The notes below the pieces were generated by a model. That model saw nothing but the letters and a program-made list of their open reading frames with translations. It was not told the DNA's origin and searched no databases. Below, piece by piece: positions 18,276 through 28,859 of a DNA stretch of 64,000 nucleotides. Position 1 is the first letter of the stretch; every line of letters starts with the position of its first letter. Both the position numbers and the translations under genes were made by a program. Origin of the DNA: Vulcanimicrobiota bacterium (lineage in GTDB: Bacteria; Vulcanimicrobiota; Vulcanimicrobiia; Eremiobacterales; Eremiobacteraceae); NCBI GenBank assembly GCA_963812135.1, contig CAWETU010000005.1, forward strand, positions 288,001 to 352,000. Reading direction: 5' to 3'.

Positions 18276-20525
18276 CTAGAGGAGCGTTTGCGTGCGGTCA
18301 CGCGGTGCGAGAATTGTCGCAAGATTCTCCATGTCCGCATCGCCGACGAGAATCTTGCGCGGCTTGGTCCCTTCGGCAGGCCCGACCACGCGGAATTGCT
18401 CGAGGATCCTCATGAGCCGTACCGCGCGCGGATGGCCGATCTTGAGCTCTGCCTGCAACAGCGCGACCGACGCCATCTGGCGTTCAACGATGATCTGCGC
18501 GGCGTCGAACGCGAGCTCATCCGCTGGGCCGCCCGAATCGTCTTCGAGCTCGGCCGGCGAGATCGCGATGCGATTGTCCGGATCGCCTTGCTCGCGCCAG
18601 AACTCGCACAGGCGCTCGATCTCGGGGCCCGTGACGAGCGCGCCCTGCACGCGCAGCGGCTTGGGCGCGTCGATCGGCAAGAAGAGCATATCGCCACGGC
18701 CGAGCAGGCGCTCTGCGCCGGCCATGTCGAGGATCGTGCGCGAGTCGACCTGCGACGACACCGCGAACGCGATGCGCGACGGGATGTTCGCTTTGATCAA
18801 TCCGGTGATCACGTCGACGGACGGGCGCTGCGTGGCGATGACGAGGTGGATGCCCGTCGCGCGCGCGAGCTGCGCGATGCGGCAGATGCTCGTCTCGACG
18901 CGCGTCGGCGCGACGAGCATGAGGTCGGCCAACTCGTCGATCGCGACGACGATGTACGGCAAGCGTTCGTTGGGATGCGCGATGTTGTATTCCTCGATCT
19001 TGCGCACGCCGACGTGCGCGAAACGCTCGTAGCGCGCATCCATCTCTTTGGTCAGCTCGTACAACGCGCCCGCCGCGAGCTTGGGATCGGTGATGCAGTC
19101 CGTGATGAGGTGCGGGATGCCGTTGTATTCCGCGAGCTCGACGCGTTTTGGATCGACGAGCAGCATCTGCACCTGATCCGGCGTGCAGGTGGAGAGCAGC
19201 GAAGCCAGGATGACGTTGAGGCACACGCTCTTGCCGGCGCCGGTCGCGCCCGCTACAAGCAGATGCGGCATGCGCGTGAGGTCCGCGACGATCGGACGAC
19301 CCGTGATATCCTTGCCGAGACCGAAGTTGAGCGTTCCCTCTTCATTGTGCACGTAGTCGAGGATCTCGCGAATCGCGACGGTCGAGACGGCGCTGTTCGG
19401 CACCTCGATGCCGACGGCTGCCTTGCCGGGGATCGGCGCCTCGATGCGCACGCTGTGCGCCGCGAGCGCGAGCTGGATGTTGTCCGACAACGATTTGATC
19501 GCGCTGACCTTGACGCCGCGGCCCGGCGTCATCTCGTAGCGCGTCACGCTCGGTCCTCGTTCGATGTGCGTGACTTTACCTTCGATCCCGAACGATGCAA
19601 GCGTCTCCTCGAGCAGCATCGCAGCGCTGGCCTCGCTGTGGACGCGCTTTTCGGGTGGATTGAAAAGCGCGAAGTCAGGCAGGCGATAGCCGCCCTCGGT
19701 ACGAGCGGCGGGCCGCGCAGGTTTCGCGCGCGGTGCCGGCGTCGTGCCGGATGCCGGCGCTGTCGCTGCGCCCGCACCCACAGCAAGATCGGGCTCGACG
19801 AGCGCGACCGGCTCGAGCTCCGTTGCCGGCGCGGTTTCGTCGACGCGCACCATCAGGTCCGCGTGCGTCGGGTTTTCTTGCGGGATCAGCGCCGGTTCGG
19901 CGCTGCGCTCGGGCGGTGCGAGCTGCGCGCGATACTGCGCGGCTTCATCTCTCTCTTCCTTAGACTTGCGCAAAGCCTCGCGCGTCGTGTCGGCCAAACC
20001 GCCGGCAGCGGTCGCCACCGACGAGCCGATCGATCCGAAGACGCGTTTGAGCGAGATCCCAGTGGGCGTGACGATGCATGCGACGACGACGAATCCGAGC
20101 ACGATGTCGGCGCCCGCCACGCCGAACAGCGCGGTCATGGCATGGGCGATCGCGTTGCCGAGCGCGCCGCCGGTGCCGGCCATGCCGAAGAAACCAGCGA
20201 GCGCGAGGAACGCGCCTGCGGCGCACCCAGCAAATGCCGCCATGATCTTCGGCACGTGTATCTCGAGGAAGATGATCGACGCGATGACAGCGAGCGCAAC
20301 GACGGCCAACCATGCGGCGCCGCCGAACCACGCGTGCATGGTCGCTTTGGCGAATGCGCCGAAGTAGCCGGCGGCGTCCGCGCTGATCAACGAAATCGCA
20401 AGCAGCCCCGCCACGACGAATAAGGCGACGCCCAAGATCTCGAAGTTGAGGGTCAGACCCGGAAGCGGGTCAACCCGCCGCGAGCGCGCCGCTTTGGTGC
20501 GCTTCACGATCGTGGTTCTGGCCAC
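18276..20525 (-). CDS. ftsK: DNA translocase FtsK/SpoIIIE
   Basis: N-terminal TMs, GPSVTRYE, PHLLVAGATGAGKS, IDELADLM, ATQRPSVDV, gamma-like C-terminus. Confidence 0.96.
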   Translation of the reverse strand: MARTTIVKRTKAARSRRVDPLPGLTLNFEILGVALFVVAGLLAISLISADAAGYFGAFAKATMHAWFGGAAWLAVVALAVIASIIFLEIHVPKIMAAFAGCAAGAFLALAGFFGMAGTGGALGNAIAHAMTALFGVAGADIVLGFVVVACIVTPTGISLKRVFGSIGSSVATAAGGLADTTREALRKSKEERDEAAQYRAQLAPPERSAEPALIPQENPTHADLMVRVDETAPATELEPVALVEPDLAVGAGAATAPASGTTPAPRAKPARPAARTEGGYRLPDFALFNPPEKRVHSEASAAMLLEETLASFGIEGKVTHIERGPSVTRYEMTPGRGVKVSAIKSLSDNIQLALAAHSVRIEAPIPGKAAVGIEVPNSAVSTVAIREILDYVHNEEGTLNFGLGKDITGRPIVADLTRMPHLLVAGATGAGKSVCLNVILASLLSTCTPDQVQMLLVDPKRVELAEYNGIPHLITDCITDPKLAAGALYELTKEMDARYERFAHVGVRKIEEYNIAHPNERLPYIVVAIDELADLMLVAPTRVETSICRIAQLARATGIHLVIATQRPSVDVITGLIKANIPSRIAFAVSSQVDSRTILDMAGAERLLGRGDMLFLPIDAPKPLRVQGALVTGPEIERLCEFWREQGDPDNRIAISPAELEDDSGGPADELAFDAAQIIVERQMASVALLQAELKIGHPRAVRLMRILEQFRVVGPAEGTKPRKILVGDADMENLATILAPRDRTQTLL

Positions 20526-20600
20526 CGCACAGGCGTTCGAGCCACCCCGTCCGCCTTCCCCCGCGCGCCTACGCGCTCGTCGCGGCTGCGAAATAGACTT

Positions 20601-20628
20601 CGGCCGAATAAAATTCGGCCGCTACATC
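20601..20628. repeat. GTAG-type REP palindrome
   Basis: CGGCCGAATAAAATTCGGCCG followed by CTAC. Confidence 0.85.
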
Positions 20629-20631
20629 GAG

Positions 20632-21531
20632 CTACTTCGACTTAGGGTCGAGGGCGTCGCGTAGTCCGTCGCCCAAGAGGTTGAAGCCCAACACCGTGAG
20701 CGAGATCGCAAGCCCGGGGAAAAGCAGTGCCCAAGGAGCGTTGAGCCAGTAGTCGCGCGCGTCGTTGAGCATCGAACCCCACTCCGGCGTCGGCGGCTGG
20801 ATGCCAAGACCCAAGTACGACAAGCCCGCCGAATCCAACTCGGCCGTCCCCACGCCCAGCGTCGCCTGGACGACGAGCGGCACGACGATATTCGGCAGCA
20901 CGTAGCGGATCAAGAGCATGCCGGTGTTGTTGCCGACGGCCCTCGCGGCCTCGACGTATTCCATCTCCTTGACCTGGAGCACTGACGCGCGCGCGATGCG
21001 CGCGTACACGGGAATGCCGACGATGCCGACCGCGAGGAATATCTTCACGACGTCGCTGACGCGCTGGTCGAGGATCGCGGAGATCGCGATGGCCAGCAAG
21101 ATGCTGGGGAACGCGAGCATCACATCCATCGCGCCCATCAGGACAGTGTCGGTCATCTTGCCCCAAAATCCGGCGATCAGGCCGATCAACGTGCCGATGG
21201 CGAGTCCGATGCCCACGCTGATGAAGCCGATCTCGACCGAGAGGCGAGCGCCATAGAGCAGTCGCGTGAAGATATCGCGGCCCAGCTTGTCCGTGCCCGC
21301 CGGATGGAGCAGCGACGGCGGCAAGGTCGTGGCTGCCAGGTTCTGCGCAAGCGGATCGCGATGCCCGGAAAGCAGCGCTGCGAAGATCGCGCAGAAGGCG
21401 AGCGTGATGATGATCGTCAGGCCGATGAGCGCCGACGGGCTCTTGCGGAACCGCCGCCACGAGTCTTCGATCACGCCTGTGTGCGGCGTGTCGATCAGCG
21501 CTTCGTCGACCGTGAGGATCGCTTGCGCCAA
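20632..21531 (-). CDS. Peptide/nickel ABC transporter permease (DppC/OppC-like)
   Basis: GTDKLGRDIFTRLLYGARLS, EYVEAARAVG, PEWGSML, FNLLGDGLRDALDP. Confidence 0.93.
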   Translation of the reverse strand: MAQAILTVDEALIDTPHTGVIEDSWRRFRKSPSALIGLTIIITLAFCAIFAALLSGHRDPLAQNLAATTLPPSLLHPAGTDKLGRDIFTRLLYGARLSVEIGFISVGIGLAIGTLIGLIAGFWGKMTDTVLMGAMDVMLAFPSILLAIAISAILDQRVSDVVKIFLAVGIVGIPVYARIARASVLQVKEMEYVEAARAVGNNTGMLLIRYVLPNIVVPLVVQATLGVGTAELDSAGLSYLGLGIQPPTPEWGSMLNDARDYWLNAPWALLFPGLAISLTVLGFNLLGDGLRDALDPKSK

Positions 21532-21537
21532 CGGCGC

Positions 21538-23265
21538 TTAGATCTCCATGACCACCGGCACGATCATCGGCCGGCGCTTCGTGCGATCGTAGATGAATTT
21601 TTGCAGCCCTTTGTGGACGTGTTCGCGGATGGCGGCCCATTCGGTCAGCCCTTCGGACGAGCTATGTTCCATGATCTGCATGGCGGCACGCCGGATCTCC
21701 TCGAGCACGCCGTCGCGTTCGCCCGCGGCGCCGAACGTGAAGCCACGCGAGGTGATATACGGTCCTGCCAGCACCTTGCCGTCGGAACTGTCGACCGCCA
21801 CGGTCACGACGATCATGCCGTCGTTGGAGAGATGTTTGCGATCGCGCAAGACGACTTCGCCGACGTCGCCGACGCCGAGTCCGTCGACATAGACCGGGCC
21901 GCCGTAGACGCGCCCTACTTTTTGCGCGCCGGCAGGCGTGAACTGCACGACTTCGCCGTTCTCCACGACGAAGATGCGCGACGCCTCGACACCCGTCTTC
22001 TGCGCGAGCCCGGCGTGCTGGACGAGCATCCGATACTCGCCATGCACCGGCATGAAGAACTTAGGCCTGGTGAGATTGAGCATCATGAGAAGCTCTTCTT
22101 GGCAGCCGTGGCCCGAGACGTGCGCCATCCGCTGCTTCCCGTAGATGACGTCGACGCCGAGCTTGAAGAGATTGTTGATCGTGCGGCCGATGCTGCGCTC
22201 GTTGCCCGGAATGGGCGTCGCCGACAAGATGACCGTATCGCCGGCGATCAGCTTCACGCGGCGATGATCGCGCGCCGCCATGCGCACGAGCGCCGACGTC
22301 GGCTCGCCTTGGCTGCCGGTGGTGCAGATGACGAGCTTGTTGGGCGCATAGTCGTCGATTTCGTGCTCGCGGATCTGCTGGCCGGGTGCGAGCGTCAAGT
22401 AGCCGTGCTCGATCGCGATGTTGGAGACGTTGAGCATGCTGCGCCCGACGAAGCACACCTTGCGGTCGTAGCGGGCGGCCGCGTCGACGGTCTGCTGCAA
22501 GCGCGGCACGTTGGAGGCGAACATCGTCACGATGATGCGGCCGTCGCAGTGCGCGAAGATGTCGTTGAACGCCTCGCCGACGACGCGCTCGGACGGCGTG
22601 TGGCCCGGCGTCTCGGCGTTGGTCGAATCCGAGCACAGCAAGAGCACGCCTTGCTCGCCATACTGCGCGAGCGTCGCGATGTCCGACGGCCGCCCATCGA
22701 TCGGCGTCTGATCGAACTTGAAATCACCCGTGTGGACGACGACGCCGAGCGGCGTGCGCAGCGCGATCGAACACGAACCCGCAACGCTGTGCGTGATCGA
22801 GATGAAATCGGCGCTGAACGAGCCCAGCACGATCTTCTCGCCCGGCTCGATGACGTGCAGATCCGCGCGGTCGAGGAGCTTGTGCTCTTTGAGCTTGCCG
22901 CGAAGGAGCGCGATCGTGACGTCAGTGCCGAACACCGGCACGTTGAGCTGCGCGAGGAAATAAGCGACGCCGCCGATGTGATCCTCGTGCGCGTGCGTCA
23001 GCAGCAATCCGCGCACTTTGGCGCGGCGCTCGATCAGATACGAGATATCGTTGATGACCAGATCGACGCCCAGCATCTCCTCTTCCGGGAACTGGACGCC
23101 GGCGTCGACGACGACGATGTCGTCGTTGGTCTCGTAGACCGACATGTTGCGGCCGATCTCGCCGCAACCGCCGAGCGGGAACACCCGCAAATATGGCCCC
23201 GGAGGGGCGGGAGCCAACGCCTCTTCGCCATCGCGCGGCGAGACGGGAAAGTACTCGTGTTGCAT
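21538..23265 (-). CDS. rnj: Ribonuclease J
   Basis: PLGGCGEIGRNM, THAHEDHIGG, HTGDFKFD, TGSQGEP, HVSGHG. Confidence 0.96.
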   Translation of the reverse strand: MQHEYFPVSPRDGEEALAPAPPGPYLRVFPLGGCGEIGRNMSVYETNDDIVVVDAGVQFPEEEMLGVDLVINDISYLIERRAKVRGLLLTHAHEDHIGGVAYFLAQLNVPVFGTDVTIALLRGKLKEHKLLDRADLHVIEPGEKIVLGSFSADFISITHSVAGSCSIALRTPLGVVVHTGDFKFDQTPIDGRPSDIATLAQYGEQGVLLLCSDSTNAETPGHTPSERVVGEAFNDIFAHCDGRIIVTMFASNVPRLQQTVDAAARYDRKVCFVGRSMLNVSNIAIEHGYLTLAPGQQIREHEIDDYAPNKLVICTTGSQGEPTSALVRMAARDHRRVKLIAGDTVILSATPIPGNERSIGRTINNLFKLGVDVIYGKQRMAHVSGHGCQEELLMMLNLTRPKFFMPVHGEYRMLVQHAGLAQKTGVEASRIFVVENGEVVQFTPAGAQKVGRVYGGPVYVDGLGVGDVGEVVLRDRKHLSNDGMIVVTVAVDSSDGKVLAGPYITSRGFTFGAAGERDGVLEEIRRAAMQIMEHSSSEGLTEWAAIREHVHKGLQKFIYDRTKRRPMIVPVVMEI

Positions 23266-23338
23266 ATCTCGTCAACACTTAAGGCGCGAGGCGCATGGGG
23301 CCTGCCCTTACGCGCGTGTCGAGATGCCGCGCTGGAGA

Positions 23339-23872
23339 CTAATCCGCTAGCAAGATCGCAGACCAGGTCGCCGAGACCGGATGACCTCGGGACGGGCAAA
23401 GCATATCGATACTGCGCGACGCACCTGGTTCGAGCGCATCGAGCGCGGTGCTCGCGCGCAGTTCGTCGCCGCTTTGCGTATGCAGGTGCACGGTCAGCAC
23501 CGGCGCGATGCGCGCCTTCGACGTGTTGCGCACGGTGGTGCGCACGATCGGACTGCCGAGAAAATCCACCGTGACCGATGTCGGTCCGATCACGATGCCG
23601 CCGCCGATGTCCGAGACCGCATTGTCTTCGAATAGCGGCGACTCGGTGTGCGTCTTCGCGAGAAACTCGAACAACATCGCCTGGCGCCGCTCGAACATCT
23701 TGATGCGGGCGAGGCGGACAAGGCGGCGACGCAGGGCGCGCTCTTGCATGACGGACGGACCCACCGAGACAGCGGCTGCCGGCGGGTGCGAAGGCTTCCT
23801 TCTATAGTCATTGCGTGGGTGCGCGCACAGCGCGCACGCGAGCGCGGCGGCGATGACGATCATGCCCGCCAT
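23339..23872 (-). CDS. Hypothetical exported/membrane-anchored protein
   Basis: Hydrophobic N-terminus, beta-rich C-terminal region; start uncertain. Confidence 0.55.
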   Translation of the reverse strand: MAGMIVIAAALACALCAHPRNDYRRKPSHPPAAAVSVGPSVMQERALRRRLVRLARIKMFERRQAMLFEFLAKTHTESPLFEDNAVSDIGGGIVIGPTSVTVDFLGSPIVRTTVRNTSKARIAPVLTVHLHTQSGDELRASTALDALEPGASRSIDMLCPSRGHPVSATWSAILLAD

Positions 23873-23903
23873 ATCCCGCGCACATCGGGGGCCGTCAAGG
23901 ACC

Positions 23904-23964
23904 TTGACAGTCGCGACAAACGCCCGCTATACTTGTCTCAAACCACTAGGACAATGAGACAAGT
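23904..23964 (+). promoter_or_regulatory. Sigma70-type promoter overlapped by a palindromic operator (probable YtrA-type GntR site)
   Basis: TTGACA(23904)-N18-TATACT(23928); perfect 10-bp arms ACTTGTCTCA(23931)-N14-TGAGACAAGT(23964). Confidence 0.8.
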
Positions 23965-23986
23965 TCCCACGACGGATCGGACCTGA

Positions 23987-24379
23987 ATGAATTTCCACGT
24001 CGAAGGCACGAGCGGCATGCCGGTCTACCTTCAGCTGAAGGAACAGATCTTGCACGCGATCGCGCGCGGCAAACTGAAATCCGGGGATCAGCTGCCGACC
24101 GTGCGCGAAGTCGCGGTTGAGCTCACCATCAATCCCAATACGGTCAACCGGGCGTATGCCGAGCTCGAGCGCGAAGGCCTGCTGTCGAGCCGTCGCGGCC
24201 GCGGCACGTTCGTCTCCGAGACGAGCAAGCGCGCGGACGTCTCGTCGCAGGAAGCGCGCCTGGTGGATATCGCCCGGCGGGCGCTCGGCGAGGCGCGTTC
24301 CTACGGGTTCACGGCGCGGGATATGCTGAGCGCCGTCGCGCAGGTCGCGCGCCAGGACAGGCGCGAGGGCGGCAGATGA
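23987..24379 (+). CDS. GntR family regulator, YtrA subfamily
   Basis: PVYLQLKEQI..GDQLPTVREVA..INPNTVNRAYAELE..RGRGTFV, short C-terminus, heads an ABC operon. Confidence 0.93.
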   Translation: MNFHVEGTSGMPVYLQLKEQILHAIARGKLKSGDQLPTVREVAVELTINPNTVNRAYAELEREGLLSSRRGRGTFVSETSKRADVSSQEARLVDIARRALGEARSYGFTARDMLSAVAQVARQDRREGGR

Positions 24380-24579
24380 CGCAATCATCTATCACGGCGG
24401 CTATTCGCGGAGGCCCTCCGATGGAGGCTCGCTGGACCATGCGTAGGATTAGAACAGACACGACTACAGCGCTGCACGGCCCTCAACCGGCTCGGGCTAG
24501 CGGCGCTCATGCCAGGGGTGGTGCCGGAACGGGTGCAGCAAAGGCGGCGCGCAGCGCCGCCGCAGGAGGATCACTCTCG

Positions 24580-25290
24580 ATGAAACCCCGCATCCTCGGC
24601 TCGGCCTTCGCGATCGGCATCGCCTTGACCGCGACGACCAGCGCGCTCGCTGACACGGCCTTCGCCCCCGACGGCACGTACGAGTACGCGCTCAAGCAGG
24701 GCGCGACGACGCTCGCCACCAGTACCGTCACGATCAAGCGATCGGGCAGCGTGGTCTCGTTACGCGAAAGCCAAACGATCGCCGAGCCGGCGGTCGGCAA
24801 CGTGCAACTCAACGCCGATGAGTCGGTCCTGGCTGACTCGTTCACGCCGCTGTCGTTCAGCGGAACGACCGTATCCTCAGGTAAGAGCCAAGAAGTCAAG
24901 TTCTCGTACGCGAGCAACGCCGGCTATTTCACCGTCAACGGCGAGCGGCTGGTGGTGCCGGTCAGAATGCTGCCGGGCACGCAGGCGATGATCATCCAGG
25001 ACCAAACGCTCGTGCTGAGCTTCCTCACGCTACCCGCCGTGCTCCAAGCGACCCGAGCCGGCGCGCTGACCGTCGCCGTGCCGACCGCGTCGCGCGTTCA
25101 CGCGATCACGGTCGATTCGTCGCCGCAGACGAAGCCTTCCACCGTGCCGGCGGCAGACGTCGATGTCGGTATCGCCGCCGGTAGCGGATCGACCTCGTTC
25201 TCCGTCTGGTACGATCCGCACAGCGGTGTGGTCGATGAGATCGACGTGCCCGCGCAATCGCTCACCATTTCGTTGACGAAACGCTCCTGA
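24580..25290 (+). CDS. Secreted hypothetical protein
   Basis: GGAGGA SD, ATG at 24580, signal peptide ending ALA-D, beta-rich. Confidence 0.75.
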   Translation: MKPRILGSAFAIGIALTATTSALADTAFAPDGTYEYALKQGATTLATSTVTIKRSGSVVSLRESQTIAEPAVGNVQLNADESVLADSFTPLSFSGTTVSSGKSQEVKFSYASNAGYFTVNGERLVVPVRMLPGTQAMIIQDQTLVLSFLTLPAVLQATRAGALTVAVPTASRVHAITVDSSPQTKPSTVPAADVDVGIAAGSGSTSFSVWYDPHSGVVDEIDVPAQSLTISLTKRS

Positions 25291-25301
25291 AAGGAGGGGT
25301 A

Positions 25302-26034
25302 ATGAGCAGCGCATCTGAGACCATCGCGCCGGCGCCGGCGGAACGGGTTAGTGGTCTCGCGACATACCTCAAAGTCCTCTACGCGCCAGGCGAGGCGTTC
25401 GCAACGCTCTCCCGCGTGCCGACGTGGGGTTGGGCGGCGGTCGCCGGCATCATCCTGACGCTGATCGGCGCGTTGATCCTCGACTGCCCGCCACGAGTCA
25501 CTACCAGACCAGTAGCCAAGAACAGCAATTCTCGCAGATGCCCGCAGATCAGGCGGCCGCTGCGCGCGAGTTCATGGCGAAGTATCCATGGGTCAACTCG
25601 ATCGGCCCACTGGTCGGCGCCTTCATCGCTCCTTGGATGATTTGGGTCATCGGCGCGATCGTTTACTTGATCGCAGCGGCGCTCGGAGGCGGGGAAGCCC
25701 GCTTCAAAGCGGCATGGGTTACTGCGGTCAATGCGTATGTCATTCCGGCGCTTGGCAGCATCGTAGGCGCGGTCATCGTCTCGCTGCGCGGCCCTGCCAA
25801 CGCCAACTCGATGGCGGATCTGTACGCGCTTCCTTCGTTGAGCATGCTCGTGCACGGCTCTCCCAAGGTAACCATGTTCCTCTATTCATTCAACATCGTC
25901 AACATCTGGTGCTACATCGTTCTCGTCATCGCGCTCCAGCGCATGCTCAAGATGTCCGCGACCGCTGCGATCGTCAGCCGTCGTCATCGTGGCGCTCATC
26001 GGCGGCGGGGCTGCTGGCTCTCGTCGCGAAATGA
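25302..26034 (+). CDS. Yip1/YknW-like membrane protein (frameshifts near 25480 and 25975)
   Basis: AGGAGG SD; VLYAPGEAFATL; multiple TMs; FNIVNIW; pieces in three frames. Confidence 0.75.
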
Positions 26035-27435
26035 TGGCACGCGCATTGGTCGTCGCCGCTCTCCTCATAGTTGGCGTGGGCCGCTCCCGCGGTGGCCGAC
26101 GTGCCGGGCGCCGTGCCGAACCCCGCGCCGACCTTGCCGCCGGTGATGACGCTCCAGCAAGCGGTGGATTTCGGGCTGGCGCACAACACGACCGTGCTCA
26201 AAGCCGTTGCGTCGGCTGCCGAAGCAGGTGCGACGCTCGCTCGCGATCGCGCCATCACGTTGCCGACCGTGATCGGCCAGATCCAGAACCAGCTCGACAA
26301 GAGCAATAACGCCGCCGGGAATTACGCGCAGATCGGCCAAGCGCCGTCGCCGAACTTCTCGCAGAACACCGCGGCGGTCGTCGGCACGTTCAACGGCGCG
26401 AACCTCACGAACATCTACCAAGCGCGCGCCGACAAGCAGGCCTACGACCAGGCCAATCAGCAGCTGTTCTTGACGCGCGAGCAATCGATCCAAGACACGG
26501 AGACGTCCTTCTACAAACTCGTCCAAACCCGCCAACTTACAGAGGTCGCGCGCGAGAACGTCAACTATAACCGCGCGCTCATGCAGATCGCGGAGGTGAA
26601 CTTCCACGCGGGTAAAGTCGCCGGCCTCGATGAGCTCAAAGCGCAGGTCGCGTACACGACGGCGCTCGAGCAGCTGTCGTCCGCAAGCGCCGACGAAGAA
26701 GATGCGCGCGAGAACCTCGCCCAGCTGATCAGCGCCCCGATGGGCCAGCAATTCGCACTGCCCGATGCGCCGCCAGAACCGCCGCTGCCGAATCTCGATC
26801 AAAAGATCCTCGATCAGGTCGCGCTGACGAACCGGCCGGAGATCACGATCGCACAGGCGCAGCTCTCAAGCGCGCTCATCTCGAATTACATGGTGGACGC
26901 TCCCAACCGTCCGAACGTGGCGCTCACCGGCCTGTGGGGTAACCAAGTCTCGCCGACCAACAACGCGCAGTTCTACAACCAGTGCGTCCACGAAGGCTTC
27001 CCGCCGTCGCAGTGCGGTCCGGGCGGCTCGCACTTCTACGAGATCTCGATCGTCTCGAATTGGACGCTACCATTGCTCGACTGGGGCACCGTGCACGCCG
27101 GACACGCGAGCGCGTATCGCGCCATCGACTCGCAGATCGCGCAGTTGAGCAGCGCCAAGCAACAGGCGCTCATCGACGTCGATCAGGCGGTGCGCCGGCT
27201 GCTCGTCGACCGCGACAATCTTCGGCTCGCCACCAGCAATGTCGGCGTCGCGCGTCAAGCCGCGCTCATCTCCGCGGTGCAGTACAAAGTCGGTCTTGCG
27301 ACACAGACCGATGTGAGCGCCGCGCAGCAGGCGTATCTGACCGCGGCTCGCGACCTGCTCACCGCGCAGGTCGAATACGTCCTTGGCATCGTGAAGCTCA
27401 AGCTCGTCACCGGCACGTTGACAGGGGCCATATGA
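26034..27435 (+). CDS. TolC-family outer membrane efflux protein (frameshift near 26080)
   Basis: MTLQQAVDFGLAHN, NRPEI..AQ, YKVGLATQTDV..AQ, LKLVTG. Confidence 0.88.
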
Positions 27436-28859
27436 AAAAGATTTGGAACAACCCGGTCTGGCGGATCGGCATCATCGCAGGCGCGTTGGTGTTGCTGATC
27501 GGCATCGGCGTCGCGGGTCACCGCGGGCCTGATGCGATCGAGACCAAGACGGTGGTCGTGAAGACGACGACGCTGACTGTGAAGCTGCCCGAGAACGGCG
27601 TGCTTTCTCGGCCGCAGACGACGACGATCGCGGCTACCGCATCCGGCAATATCCTCGAGATCTTCGCAAAGGAAAGCGCTCGCGTGCGCAAGGGCGATCT
27701 CCTCATGAAGCTTGACGACCGCCAGATCGCGACGTCAGTCGCCACCGACCGCGCGACGGTCGCTGAAGCAGCGGCGACGCTGACGAGTGCGCAGGCGCGC
27801 TTGCAAGCCGACATCAACGCGAAAAGCGAAGGGCAGATCTCCGGCGGACTCGGCGCGTCCTCGATCGGCCTTTCTGGCGCATCGCAACTCGTCCAAGCCG
27901 AGCAGACGCTCACATCCTCGCGTTTGAACCTGCAAACCGCCAAAGAGACCTACCAAGCCGATCAGGAGCTGTACAAGATCAATGGGCTGCCGCGTCAGCA
28001 GCTCGATAAAGACAAGGCGGCGTATGACGAAGCCGTGGCCAACCAAGTGGCCGCGCAGCAGCAATACGACCTGCTCAAGCAACAGCTGCGTGAGACCGGC
28101 GGCCAGCTCGACACGCAGATCACCGCCGACCGCTCCTCGGTCGCCAGCGCAGAGGCGCAACTCGCATCGGCGAACGCCTCGCTCTCGCTCCACACGAACG
28201 ATCTCGCGAATACCGAAGTGCGCGCTCCGTTCGACGGCGTGATCCAGCAGATCGGTACCGCGTCCACCGGCGCGTCGACGCCGCTGGCGCCAGGCGATGC
28301 CGTCTCCCCAGGCGAGCTGCTGTTCACCATCGCGGCTGCGGGGCCGATGGTCGTGAAGGCGCAAGTCGACGAACAGGACATCATCAACGTCAAGCCGGGC
28401 CAACGCGCGGTCATCACCGGGGAGGACTTCCCCGGGCGCTCGCTGCCCGGCACGGTCAGCAACGTCGCCGCGGTCGTCGTCCAGGTCAGCCAAGCCGGCA
28501 ACAGCGCGAAGAACGTGGAGACGACTATCTCGCTTCAACGAGATTATCCGTTCTTGCGCGCCGGGATGTCATGCGATGTCGATATCATCACCGCCGAAGC
28601 CAAGAACGCTCTCGTCGTGCCGCTCGCCGCAGTGATCGACGACGGGGCCAAGCACTTCGTCTACGTCGTCAAGCAGAACAAAGCCACCAAGATCCAGGTC
28701 GACAAAGGGCTCGCAAGCGACACCGACGTCGTCATCACGCGCGGTCTCAAGAGCGGCGACGTCGTCGCGACGACGAACGTGAAGGATCTCAAGGACGGCG
28801 CGACCGTGAAAGCCGCGCCCGTGGCCTCTCCCGCGCCGAGCACCTCACCCGGCTCGTGA
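27432..28859 (+). CDS. Efflux membrane fusion protein (MacA/YknX-like)
   Basis: N-terminal TM, VRKGDLLMKLD, coiled coil, VRAPFDGVI, LRAGMSCDV. Confidence 0.92.
   Translation: MKKIWNNPVWRIGIIAGALVLLIGIGVAGHRGPDAIETKTVVVKTTTLTVKLPENGVLSRPQTTTIAATASGNILEIFAKESARVRKGDLLMKLDDRQIATSVATDRATVAEAAATLTSAQARLQADINAKSEGQISGGLGASSIGLSGASQLVQAEQTLTSSRLNLQTAKETYQADQELYKINGLPRQQLDKDKAAYDEAVANQVAAQQQYDLLKQQLRETGGQLDTQITADRSSVASAEAQLASANASLSLHTNDLANTEVRAPFDGVIQQIGTASTGASTPLAPGDAVSPGELLFTIAAAGPMVVKAQVDEQDIINVKPGQRAVITGEDFPGRSLPGTVSNVAAVVVQVSQAGNSAKNVETTISLQRDYPFLRAGMSCDVDIITAEAKNALVVPLAAVIDDGAKHFVYVVKQNKATKIQVDKGLASDTDVVITRGLKSGDVVATTNVKDLKDGATVKAAPVASPAPSTSPGS

Noticed and set aside
24376..24579. 68-aa N-terminal extension of the secreted protein after gntR
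   Set aside because: Strong SD and signal peptide at 24580; the upstream stretch looks non-coding.
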